From Candidatus Bathyarchaeia archaeon (GTDB lineage: Archaea > Thermoproteota > Bathyarchaeia > Bathyarchaeales > Bathycorpusculaceae): 64,000 bases of DNA. Numbering within the stretch: the first letter of the stretch is position 1; every line of letters begins with the position of its first letter. Positions 39,660 to 48,493 of the stretch are shown here, piece after piece. Location of the stretch: contig JBEKWR010000003.1 of NCBI GenBank assembly GCA_049512935.1, positions 1 through 64,000 on the forward strand, read 5' to 3'. A program made the translations under genes and the position numbers. The notes under the pieces are model-generated. The model did not search any database. It was given only the letters and a program-made list of their open reading frames with translations, and was not told where the DNA came from.

Positions 39660-41249
39660 CTGGCTGGCAAAGCTAATGAAATCGCTAAGGTTTCTGCAAG
39701 GGGTGGTTTTCACCTCTTCTGGGGCATTGTCTTATCGACCGTTGTCTTAGCGGTCGGCATGATTGTTTTAGCCAGAATCCTTCAGCCGCAGCAGTACGGT
39801 TTGTACACGATTGCGTTGGCAGCGCCAAACTTGATTGGCACGTTCCGCGATTGGGCCATGAACTCAGCCATGATCAAGTACTCTGCGCAGTACAGCGCTG
39901 AGGAAAAACCAGAGCGGGTGCGAAGCATTCTCATGGCAGGTTTAATTTTTGAGCTAATTTTAGGTCTGACGCTTACTTTTGTGTCGTTTCTGCTTTCAGG
40001 TTTCATTGCGGAAGACATTTTTAAGAGACCCATAACCGCCTTGATTCAAATATCGTCAATCAGCATATTGGCGAATGCTTTCCTGAACGCCGCTACAGCG
40101 ACTTTTACAGGCAGAGAACAGATGAAACCCAACAGCTTCACGCTCGTGTTGGGCGCTCTGTTTCGCTCGATTTTATGTCCAGTGCTCGTGTACGTGGGTT
40201 TCGGCGTTTCAGGCGCCGTTGTAGGTTACGCGGCGGGCAGTCTTGGCGGAGGCTTAGTTGGTTTCATCTTAATGATGGCTATCTATCGAAGCCTAAGGCA
40301 GAAGCCGGGTTTGGCGGAAAACTTGAAAATTTGGGAAACTATGAAGTTCATGTTCCGATATGCCCTGCCTCTGTCTTTCTCCAGCATCTTCAACAGTTTC
40401 CTCATTCAGTTTTACAATTTTATAATAGCCATCTACGCCTCAAACTTCCTCATAGGCAACTACGCTGTGGCTAACAACTTCACCGTTCTGCTCACTTTTT
40501 TTGCGACGCCCATAACAACCATGCTTTTTCCCGCCTTCTCAAAGCTGGACGCTCAACATGACAGAGAGACGTTGCAGATTATTTTTAAAAGTTCAATAAA
40601 GTATTCTTCGCTGCTTGTGATTCCTCCAACCGTGGCTGTAATGGCTTTGGCTCACCCCTTGGTTTCCGCTCTGTTCGGCGACAAGTACGCGTCCGCTCCC
40701 ATGTTTCTTGCCCTGCTCGCCATCAATTATCTGTTTACTGCTTTCGGACAGTTAAGCACGCTGAACCTTATCAGCGGTCAAGGGAAAACGAGGTTTTACT
40801 TTGAGCTCTTTGTCATTAACACGGCGTGGGGGATTGTCTTGGCGGTTCTGCTTGTTCCAACCTTCGGTGTGGTGGGGCTGATTATAACAACTATTTTCGA
40901 CGGGGTTCCAGGGCTCGCCATATCCCTTGAGTGGATCAAGAGGAATTACGGCGCGAGCGTGGATTGGGTTTCCTCAGCGAAGATACTGTTTTCCTCTTCC
41001 ATGTCGGGAGTAGTAACGTATGTCTTCCTTTCATTCGTGAGTTTAAGCAGTTGGCCCAAGTTAATACTTGGAGTTATAGTCTTTTTCGTGCTGCTGTTTT
41101 TAAGCCTGGTCTCTACCCGAACGTTTAGAAAACCCGACGTCGACAACCTCCGAACCATGACCAGCGGCTTGGGCCCGATAAGCGGCATAATCAACAAGGT
41201 TCTAGACGCTGTGGAAAGACTCGTGAACATATTGCTCTCAATTGCTTAG
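39660..41249 (+). CDS. Second oligosaccharide flippase paralog
   Basis: Frame extends to CTG 39660 (GGAGG upstream) and restores AKVSARGGF.L.WG as in 10260..11870. Confidence 0.8.
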   Translation: MAGKANEIAKVSARGGFHLFWGIVLSTVVLAVGMIVLARILQPQQYGLYTIALAAPNLIGTFRDWAMNSAMIKYSAQYSAEEKPERVRSILMAGLIFELILGLTLTFVSFLLSGFIAEDIFKRPITALIQISSISILANAFLNAATATFTGREQMKPNSFTLVLGALFRSILCPVLVYVGFGVSGAVVGYAAGSLGGGLVGFILMMAIYRSLRQKPGLAENLKIWETMKFMFRYALPLSFSSIFNSFLIQFYNFIIAIYASNFLIGNYAVANNFTVLLTFFATPITTMLFPAFSKLDAQHDRETLQIIFKSSIKYSSLLVIPPTVAVMALAHPLVSALFGDKYASAPMFLALLAINYLFTAFGQLSTLNLISGQGKTRFYFELFVINTAWGIVLAVLLVPTFGVVGLIITTIFDGVPGLAISLEWIKRNYGASVDWVSSAKILFSSSMSGVVTYVFLSFVSLSSWPKLILGVIVFFVLLFLSLVSTRTFRKPDVDNLRTMTSGLGPISGIINKVLDAVERLVNILLSIA

Positions 41250-41333
41250 CTCGGAGGTCAAGGACTTTTGGCAAAATGGTTTCTGCTGGTTCCGTTAGAA
41301 TTGCATCTGGTCAAATGGTGTTTCGAAGTTTTG

Positions 41334-41963
41334 TCACTGAATTATTGTTACCTGTACTGGTGCTGTTTGAAATCCGTAAGTTGGGCTGCTTTCGCCGACG
41401 ATGAAGTATGTTCCCGGTGGCACTTGTGTGGCTTCTGTTGACGTTGAGATGTTGCTTGTCTGCGGCCAAACGTATGTTGCGGTTACGTTTTCACCGGGCT
41501 TTAGAGAAATTAATGTGACAAACTGGGGGAAGGCTTTGCCGATGGACCATATGTAGATGATGCTGTTTGAATCATTGTAGACAAGGAAGTTAAAGTCCAT
41601 TCCGGTATGCGTGAAGCTTACGGTCTGATCGCTGACGTTCGTAATAGTCAACGTCACGTTAACTGGTTCCCCAACGTTGTAGACGGTTTTTTCAAGAGAC
41701 AAAGTGAGCTCAAGGCTTTCGTTGCCAGTTTTCGTTGGCGCGGGGGTCGAGGTGGGAGTCTGCGTTGGAACAGGAGACGGCGAATTTGTGGCTGTTGGAA
41801 TCGGCGTTATAGGCGACGGACTTGTCTCCGACAAGTTTTCGGGAACGTTTGATTCTACTGTCCTGCTTGGCTGGAGCTTTGTTAACGCGAAACCTAAAGC
41901 GACACCGCTTAGTATAACGATCACGACTGCAATTGCCAGAAGCTTCAATTTATTAGGTGCCAT
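41334..41963 (-). CDS. Membrane-anchored protein with Pro/Thr/Ser linker and Ig-like (BsuPI-like) domain
   Basis: N-terminal TM, TPSP-rich linker, KTVYNVGEPVNVTLTITN...WSIGKAF. Confidence 0.7.
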   Translation of the reverse strand: MAPNKLKLLAIAVVIVILSGVALGFALTKLQPSRTVESNVPENLSETSPSPITPIPTATNSPSPVPTQTPTSTPAPTKTGNESLELTLSLEKTVYNVGEPVNVTLTITNVSDQTVSFTHTGMDFNFLVYNDSNSIIYIWSIGKAFPQFVTLISLKPGENVTATYVWPQTSNISTSTEATQVPPGTYFIVGESSPTYGFQTAPVQVTIIQ

Positions 41964-42034
41964 TACAGGTCAACCTTGCTTCCGACAAATCATATGTTTC
42001 TCTTGGTTCATAACTCTTTTCTTTAGAACATACC

Positions 42035-42078
42035 GCTGAGGCTGGCAATTGAACCCATATGTGACCGCTCTGCAGGCT
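42035..42078 (-). repeat. Degenerate tRNA-Cys 3' fragment (att-like copy 5)
   Basis: 38/44 identical to 46789-46832 by manual alignment. Confidence 0.8.
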
Positions 42079-42089
42079 ATCTATTGTGC

Positions 42090-42300
42090 TTACCTCTGGC
42101 TATTCACAAGCGCACCGCTGGAGAGAGTTTCAACGCCCATGTTTTCTGCAGCTTTAGCAAAATTTGTTGTCGTCGGTGACCAAGGTTTTGTTGTTTTTCT
42201 TTGCCTCTGCAAGGTAAGCAGAGTCATAAAATGTCAAGTTAAATTTGTGCGCTGTGTCCAGTATTTCGTTTCCTTTTTCATTACTCAGCAGGGCTACCTG
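42090..42300 (-). pseudogene. Truncated, frameshifted PIN/VapC toxin
   Basis: EILDTAHKFNLTFYDSAYL..LVTDD, then continues in another frame as AKAAENMGVETLS; no N-terminus. Confidence 0.75.
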
Positions 42301-42326
42301 CATGCGTGCATCTGACAGAGAAAGCA

Positions 42327-42686
42327 CTAGTTTTTTCCGTGGCACAGAGGGGTAAGAACCTTGGTGAGTTGCTCGTATTTTGGGATCTTACCTTCGATGG
42401 TTTCAAACCTACATCTTTCCTTCCCGTCTTGGAAGACAAGTATGAAAGGCGTTTGCAGTCCGTTCAGTTTGGCGTTTCCGATGTACTTCTTCAGCTGGGC
42501 GTTTCTTTCTTGCAGGACTGCCTCGCAGATCTCCACCTCGGGAAACTGCTTATGCACTTGGGGGAGGACATTTTCCTTAAAATCGGCGCAGTGGGAGCAA
42601 CTTCTGAGGGTTACGACAAGGAGTGCGATTTTTTTCTGGTTGATGAATGCATCGTAATTCGCACTTGTTATTTGCTTAAGCTCCAT
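42327..42686 (-). CDS. Thioredoxin-fold protein
   Basis: CSHC motif, TP cis-proline, VFQDGKE. Confidence 0.8.
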   Translation of the reverse strand: MELKQITSANYDAFINQKKIALLVVTLRSCSHCADFKENVLPQVHKQFPEVEICEAVLQERNAQLKKYIGNAKLNGLQTPFILVFQDGKERCRFETIEGKIPKYEQLTKVLTPLCHGKN

Positions 42687-42764
42687 ACTCTTATTCGCTT
42701 CGAGGGGGTTATTTAGACTATTCGTTCACTAAGAGAGTTTCTACCGCTTTGTGCTAAGGAGATA

Positions 42765-42864
42765 TGGAGTTGGGGATGGGCTTTTGAGTTGAGGTGCGAT
42801 TCCCTTCCCCGCTTAGGGTACAAAGAAGCGGCTTGCATTTTCATTACATTCGGCACCCCAGATC
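42765..42864 (-). repeat. tRNA-Cys-derived relic retaining both ends (att-like copy 4)
   Basis: 42765-42780 matches tRNA 3' end 15/16; 42847-42864 CATTCGGCACCCCAGATC matches the 5' end with two 1-nt gaps. Confidence 0.65.
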
Positions 42865-42994
42865 GATAATCCTGTTTATAGAATAAGCCTCAGACTTAGT
42901 GCTGGCGTACACTTCGTTGGCAATCAACATGTCAAGAAAAGATTTAGATAGCAGTATTCAGTTAGCGCATTTGTGAAACGAAAGAAGGGGTAAA

Positions 42995-44377
42995 TTGCTC
43001 AGTAAGGTTAGTTTCACAAAATTGATAATTGAAGTCTTCCCCATCTTCATCATTCTAATTGGAGTTGCATTCGTTTCATTTTCACTGGGGCCATATCAAA
43101 CTTATGACACGCAACTGGAATTCGAAGCTGCGTCAAACGTGGTTAAAATGGGTATTCCCTTTGTGAAGGGTTTTGGTACAGTGATTGATCAGCCGCCGTT
43201 AGGATTCTACATTGAAGGGTTATTCTTTAGAATTTTTGGTTTGTCAATTAACACAGGTGTAACCTTAGTGACTCTTTTTGGGCTTGGATCTGTTGCCTTA
43301 GTATATATGATTGGAAAGCAATTGTACGGCAAAGCAACAGGACTTCTCGCAGCCGCTCTTTTCGGTTTGAACCCGTGGCAACTTGTTCTCTCAAGAAGCT
43401 TCCTTATTGATTCTCAATGCCTTTTCTTCAGCCTGCTCTGTTTGTACGTGGGCATTTTTGCTATCAACAGAAGTTCAGTTAAGCTCAGTTTGGTTGCAGG
43501 AGTGGTTTTTGCCGCTGCTATCCTAACAAAGTTTTTTGCTGCTTTCGTACTCATCCCACTGCTCTTATTCTACATTTATTCACGACCGAAAAAAACAAAG
43601 CAGATACTTGGCCAATTAGCGGCATTTTCAATACCAGCGTTCGTGTCTGCGCTTTTCTGGTATCAAATTTTCCTTGGTCGTTCGCTGCTTTCAATTTTTA
43701 ATAACAATAATATCGTCGTAATTCCCGCAAGTACTCACGTGGTTCCTTCTCCGTTTTTTGTAATCAATTTTCTTGTACATTATGGGGTGGGATGGTACTT
43801 TCTGGTTGCAACAGTTTTCTCCTTGATTTTGGTTCTGTCGCTTAAAAATTATTTTTCTAAAGTAATTATTGTTGATTTAGTATGCGTGGCGACAATTGCT
43901 TTTATTTTAAGCGTTAATGTTGTTATGGGCGCAGTTTTCAAGCTTAATGTGCCATATTTTAGCGCCATTAAATATGATTACCAAGCTTTGCCATTTCTTG
44001 TTTTATTAGTAGCGTCGTTAACAACAAAGAGCCTCGCAGCGTTTAGAGCAGCAAAATCAACTGTGCATCTGAAAAAACTTATGTTTTATTTGGCTGCTAT
44101 AGCAGCGGTGATACTGCTTGCTGCATCGTTGATTTCAAGCATGTTTTACACAAATGCGGTTTCCACACTCAGTTACCTGCAGTACAGAGTGGAGCCGCAA
44201 GTTAATTACGGATATGCACTCTCGACCCCTAACCCGTTAACGGCTAGCAGCCCGTTAATGGCGCTTCAATATTTGGGCTTCGCAGTTGCGTTATCTGGAC
44301 TTTTGTTTGGACTATTTTGCGTGACTAGGCATAAGATTCGGTGGTTATTCAAGCGAGAAAACGCTCAAAAGGCTTAA
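42995..44377 (+). CDS. GT-C fold glycosyltransferase (ArnT/PMT_2-like)
   Basis: DQPPLG, multi-TM, SRSFLID, LTKF. Confidence 0.8.
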   Translation: MLSKVSFTKLIIEVFPIFIILIGVAFVSFSLGPYQTYDTQLEFEAASNVVKMGIPFVKGFGTVIDQPPLGFYIEGLFFRIFGLSINTGVTLVTLFGLGSVALVYMIGKQLYGKATGLLAAALFGLNPWQLVLSRSFLIDSQCLFFSLLCLYVGIFAINRSSVKLSLVAGVVFAAAILTKFFAAFVLIPLLLFYIYSRPKKTKQILGQLAAFSIPAFVSALFWYQIFLGRSLLSIFNNNNIVVIPASTHVVPSPFFVINFLVHYGVGWYFLVATVFSLILVLSLKNYFSKVIIVDLVCVATIAFILSVNVVMGAVFKLNVPYFSAIKYDYQALPFLVLLVASLTTKSLAAFRAAKSTVHLKKLMFYLAAIAAVILLAASLISSMFYTNAVSTLSYLQYRVEPQVNYGYALSTPNPLTASSPLMALQYLGFAVALSGLLFGLFCVTRHKIRWLFKRENAQKA

Positions 44378-44510
44378 TCTATATTTTAAAATAAGTTACT
44401 CAGCGGCAGACCTTAACCCTTGAAAAGTCATAGTCACCGCTCTCTCTAAAATCCAAGCGTAAGCATGACCAGAGCACGTAATGAAAAACTAAGGCACCAA
44501 AGCTGGACTA

Positions 44511-44542
44511 TGAAGCTGGGGGGAATGGGAATTGAACCCATA
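44511..44542 (-). repeat. Degenerate tRNA-Cys 3' fragment (att-like copy 3)
   Basis: TGAAGCTGGGGGGAATGGGAATTGAACCCATA vs tRNA TGGAGCTGGGGATGGGAATTGAACCCATA. Confidence 0.8.
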
Positions 44543-44560
44543 ACCGTCAAGGATGCGAGT

Positions 44561-44956
44561 CTATTTAATGTCGTCTAACGTGGAAACGTTTGCCACTGTT
44601 GTTATTTTTTTGATTAGCCGCAGGTCTTCCGTTATCAGTTTTAGTTCTTTTGCCTTAGCAAAATAAACGTATGAAGCGTCATAAAAAGTAATTTTTAGCT
44701 TGATTGCAGTATCTAATATTTCCTCTTCGCTGTCGGTTATTTCTATTACATTCATTATGTTTAAGGTGTGCTTGATTGACTTTGCCAGCATTTTTGCTTC
44801 TTGCTCTGAAACCTTTGCTTGTAAGGCATAATCTTTCCATATGATGTTTCCCAGTTCGTATCTCGCTAGTTCTAATGTGTAGTTTCCAGTCAAAAAATCA
44901 ATTTTGTTTTCTTTAATTGCTCTAAATATGGCTGATGAATCAAAAAGACACTTCAT
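44561..44956 (-). CDS. vapC: PIN-domain toxin VapC
   Basis: LFDSSA, YELGNIIWK, ITFYDASY, LITED. Confidence 0.9.
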   Translation of the reverse strand: MKCLFDSSAIFRAIKENKIDFLTGNYTLELARYELGNIIWKDYALQAKVSEQEAKMLAKSIKHTLNIMNVIEITDSEEEILDTAIKLKITFYDASYVYFAKAKELKLITEDLRLIKKITTVANVSTLDDIK

Positions 44957-45183
44957 CGGCTATCACGGTCTTCTCTTATGCTTTTCACTACATCTTCAAC
45001 GCTGATTTTCTCAAGTATCGGCTTTAGCCTCTCTATCTCTTCTTTTAGCTCTTCTACCTCTCTTTTTTTCACTTCATCTTCAAGGGCTTTTCGCAGAATC
45101 TTAGACGGCTTGATTTTGAACTTCTGAATTTTTTCTTTGAGTTGCTTGGGGATTTTTGTAGAAACTGTACATTGCTGCACCAT
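44953..45183 (-). CDS. vapB: Antitoxin VapB (RHH/CcdA-like)
   Basis: TVSTKIPKQLKEK...LRKALEDEV...VKSIREDRD; 4-bp overlap with vapC; palindrome TACTTTAAAGTA at 45203-45214. Confidence 0.85.
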   Translation of the reverse strand: MVQQCTVSTKIPKQLKEKIQKFKIKPSKILRKALEDEVKKREVEELKEEIERLKPILEKISVEDVVKSIREDRDSR

Positions 45184-45258
45184 TATTCTCACCACAAATT
45201 ACTACTTTAAAGTAAGATAAAACAGTTTCCGTAATATGCATAGAAAAAAAGTAACGTA

Positions 45259-45281
45259 TGGAGCTGGGGATGGGAATTGAA
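45259..45281 (-). repeat. tRNA-Cys 3' fragment (att-like copy 2)
   Basis: 23 bp identical to 46785-46807. Confidence 0.85.
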
Positions 45282-45746
45282 ACAGGTTTTTTTATGCCTT
45301 CTATAGATTAGCAAACCCGCGCTTATGCCAATAACTAATGCCGCCGTTAAAGCAATAGCCGTGATTACTGGAGTTAAAACTAGTTTGGCTAACGGGCGCA
45401 AGATGCACGATTATTTTTATTTAACCGCTTGCATTAGAGCATGCTGCCTGTGAAGATAAACACGTCAGTCGGAGAAAGGATTGGTAGTCCTATCGATGAT
45501 GTCAGTTAACGAATTCTGAGGCACACGAAAACAATAAACAAAGAGCGCCTTGACTTGATCAGCAATTCACAGAAAATTGAAAGCCGAATGAATCAGATTC
45601 TCTGTGAGAAACTCGGTTAAGAATGTTGTATAAACTGGTAATGCCATGGATGGTCCAATCCTCGAATTCTCTTAATAAATGTCTCAGAAGTGCATTCCCC
45701 TAATATGCTGTCTAAGTTAGAGTTGAAACTCGATGTTTGCAGACGT

Positions 45747-45791
45747 TGGAGCTGGGGATGGGAATTGAACCCATATATAACAGCTCTGCAG
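45747..45791 (-). repeat. tRNA-Cys 3' half (att-like copy 1)
   Basis: 45 bp identical to 46785-46829, ending in the anticodon loop. Confidence 0.93.
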
Positions 45792-45858
45792 ACGCTACAA
45801 TAAAACAAGAGAGATTAGCATATACGCAGGTGTTAACAACAAATATCCCAGAGCTCGG

Positions 45859-46344
45859 ATGAACATGAAACCCGTACGGCAAGTTTATCTTGATACAAAT
45901 ATTTACTGTCGCCCGCTGGATGATCAAAAAGATAGACGCATCAATGCCGAAACCCAAGCCTTGCTGAAAATTGTTGATGCGAATGAAAAAGGAGAAATAG
46001 CGATAATAAGCTCGGAATATGTGAAGTTTGAAATCGAGAAAGTAAAATACCCGCTAAAAAGGAAAAATATCCGAGGCTTCGAGAAAATCCTAAGCAAAGC
46101 CAACGTAACTAGCAGTAAAAGACTAATCACACTAGCCAAAGAAATCAACGCGAAATGCAACCTCAATTCCTTAGACGCCCTCCACTTGGCAGCAGCCTGC
46201 ACAGGCAAAGCAAATTTTTTTCTAACCTGCGATGATGAAATTTTAAACGACAGAAATTGTATTGAAACATTAGTGGCAAATAAAGGGTATGAGTTAAAAG
46301 TTAGGAATCCAATAAATTATATAAGAGAACATGAGGAAGAGTGA
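45859..46344 (+). CDS. PIN-domain protein
   Basis: VYLDTNIYCRPLDDQ, LDALHLAAA, FLTCDD, VRNP. Confidence 0.88.
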   Translation: MNMKPVRQVYLDTNIYCRPLDDQKDRRINAETQALLKIVDANEKGEIAIISSEYVKFEIEKVKYPLKRKNIRGFEKILSKANVTSSKRLITLAKEINAKCNLNSLDALHLAAACTGKANFFLTCDDEILNDRNCIETLVANKGYELKVRNPINYIREHEEE

Positions 46345-46573
46345 CATAAGAATGACTACGTCGCATATAGCCACTGTGGAAGTCCCCTTTGAAGCCCTAG
46401 CCAAAGAGCTTGGAACAAAAAGAGCAATAGAGTTCATCAGCGAAATAAAAGAGTGCTATGGCGACTCTGTTGTTGAATTAAGAAAAGCCACCGAAACACT
46501 TACCATTGAACAAATAGAAGAAGAAATAAAAAAATCTAAAAAAGCAAAAATCGATAATTTTGAAAAAGAGTAA
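46331..46573 (+). CDS. Putative antitoxin downstream of the PIN gene
   Basis: EALAKELG...A.EFI...GD pattern; overlaps the PIN gene end. Confidence 0.65.
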   Translation: MRKSDIRMTTSHIATVEVPFEALAKELGTKRAIEFISEIKECYGDSVVELRKATETLTIEQIEEEIKKSKKAKIDNFEKE

Positions 46574-46784
46574 CTTACCACTTTAAATTTTGTTGTTAGT
46601 AGTCAAGAAATTTTTAGCGAATTTCTGACCTCTTACTTCCAATTTCCTGCCCTAAAAACGCTCTGTACAAATAAAATTTTAATTGCTTTATTATTTATGT
46701 TCAATGAAGCATTCCTCAGCAAAACGTTTGTCACGCAAAAAATGAAAGCTGCCCAAAGAGTTTGAAGCTCCAAACTTTATGCAG

Positions 46785-46860
46785 TGGAGCTGGGGATGGG
46801 AATTGAACCCATATATAACAGCTCTGCAGGCTGTCGCCTGAACCATTCGGCCACCCCAGC
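46785..46860 (-). tRNA. tRNA-Cys(GCA), intronless, CCA encoded
   Basis: Cloverleaf: GCTGGGG/CCCCAGC, ACAGC-CTGCAGA-GCTGT, ATGGG-TTCAATT-CCCAT, U73, CCA. Confidence 0.96.
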
Positions 46861-46952
46861 ATCCTAAGTCTAGGATTTTGTCTCACATAAAAGTATTGTT
46901 GGCTTGGTTCGGTTTTTTGTTGTTAACGCTAACTTGCTTTTAGCATGGGTTG

Positions 46953-47315
46953 CTATTTCTTGAACGCTAACCCTGAGAAGAGCGCCACCATCTTTTCTCC
47001 GCTCTTCACCGTGACCTGGTAGAGACCCGTCGTTTTTCCGTCGGAAACCCGCGTTGCCTCCGCCACTAAAACGTCGCCTTCAACCGACGGTCTCAAGTAG
47101 TTGATGCTTACCTGTACCGCGACTGCGACGTTGTCGCCGTAGTTGCATGCGTGTGCGAAGGCGTAGTCCGCCAGCGAGAAGACTGCGCCGCCGTGCGTGA
47201 AGCCAAGCGCGTTGGTGTGGTTTTTCTCAACTTTCATGCATACCCGTGCGTAGCCGTCTCTGGATTCTTCAAGGTGAATGCCGAGTGCTTCTGCAAAATG
47301 GTCTTTTCCCTTCAT
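46953..47315 (-). CDS. paaI: PaaI-family hotdog thioesterase
   Basis: NALGFTHGGAVFSLADYAF, INYLRP. Confidence 0.88.
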   Translation of the reverse strand: MKGKDHFAEALGIHLEESRDGYARVCMKVEKNHTNALGFTHGGAVFSLADYAFAHACNYGDNVAVAVQVSINYLRPSVEGDVLVAEATRVSDGKTTGLYQVTVKSGEKMVALFSGLAFKK

Positions 47316-47732
47316 GCCTGTGCGCCCATGAACCGTGCATATAGCGCGTTACTCTAAATAAAACTAGCTGTGCACACGGCGGCTGCCTCCCTGTTCCCAG
47401 ACGTGCCTATCCAAGAAAAACGCGCTTGGACGCCTGTATTTGGGTCCTGCAGATGCGCCCAAAAGGCGTTTTGTGCAGAATTGCCCGTTTTTCCTTGAAG
47501 AGTCAGCTGCAAAAAACCATGAATTAAGCCCTAAAGCTAAAAAGCAGTCTGAAACAAGCCCTGATTGTACGAGAAAGTGGAGGGAAACAGGTATCAATGG
47601 GTTTATACCTGAAAAATTGGCTGAAAGTTTGTTTTTCGCGTCGGAGAACACGGATTTGATCTGCTTGGTTTAGGCTCTAAACCAAAAAAGCAACATGAAT
47701 CAAGCCCTGACCTACCAGATAGGGAGGGGGGA

Positions 47733-47761
47733 GGGGGTCTAGTATTTGTGACCAAAAACCA
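47733..47761 (+). repeat. Dispersed G-tract intergenic repeat, copy 2
   Basis: Identical 29-mer to 31789-31817. Confidence 0.85.
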
Positions 47762-47902
47762 ACACAAAAAAGACGTATGTTGACTCTCAGCTTAATTAAA
47801 CCCATTATTGCGACCCTATAGGGTAGGCTACTATTTGTGACAAAATTCCATCACAAAAAGCGCTTCAACCACCGGCATCCTACGACAAAACCGCAGCCCA
47901 AA

Positions 47903-48493
47903 TCAGCCTTGCAGGACGCTGTCTCTGCCCTGCTGGAAGGCTTTGAGGTTTATGTTGATGTATTTTTCTTTAAGCCTGCCCGCGATGGCCCTCTGAAACG
48001 ACTCCGCATTAACAGGAACCTCGGGAAGGGCAGAGAGCGCGCCGAGCAGAACGGTGTTCACCACAAGCGGGTTCCCAAGCTTTGCAGCTATGCCTGCCCC
48101 GTCAACCTCATGAACCCTCGCCTTATCCCTCAGAATCTGCATCAACTCCCCCATCTTCTTAGGCCTCACAGCTGAGCCGACAACGCACGGCGGAATATAC
48201 TTCGTGTTCACAACAACATCGCCGCCTCGCCTAAGCATCGGCAGCGCCCTCGCCGTCTCAAGAACCTCAAAACCCACCAGAACATCCGCCCGCCCAGCCT
48301 CAATCAGCGGCGACTCAACCTTATCACCGATCCTCGCGTAAGCCACGATCGAACCGCCCCGCTGAGCCATCCCGTGAACTTCAGCCTTGGCAACGTCGAA
48401 ACCGTCCAGTATCGCCGCTTCACAGTAGATGTCGCTTAGGACCACGACTCCCTGTCCGCCGACACCGCTGAAAACCATGTCAAGCCGCCTCAC
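47903..48493 (-). CDS. iorB: Indolepyruvate:ferredoxin oxidoreductase beta subunit
   Basis: GVGGQGVV, EVHGMAQRGGS; GTG start overlaps the iorA stop. Confidence 0.93.
   Translation of the reverse strand: MRRLDMVFSGVGGQGVVVLSDIYCEAAILDGFDVAKAEVHGMAQRGGSIVAYARIGDKVESPLIEAGRADVLVGFEVLETARALPMLRRGGDVVVNTKYIPPCVVGSAVRPKKMGELMQILRDKARVHEVDGAGIAAKLGNPLVVNTVLLGALSALPEVPVNAESFQRAIAGRLKEKYININLKAFQQGRDSVLQG

Noticed and set aside
42035-46860. tRNA-fragment repeats as a CRISPR array or extra tRNA genes
   Set aside because: Spacing is 0.5-1.7 kb and contains genes, the repeats are tRNA-derived and cannot form full cloverleaves, and no cas genes are present.
47364-47673. Overlapping short ORFs on both strands
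   Set aside because: They lie in repeat-containing intergenic DNA with no coding signal.
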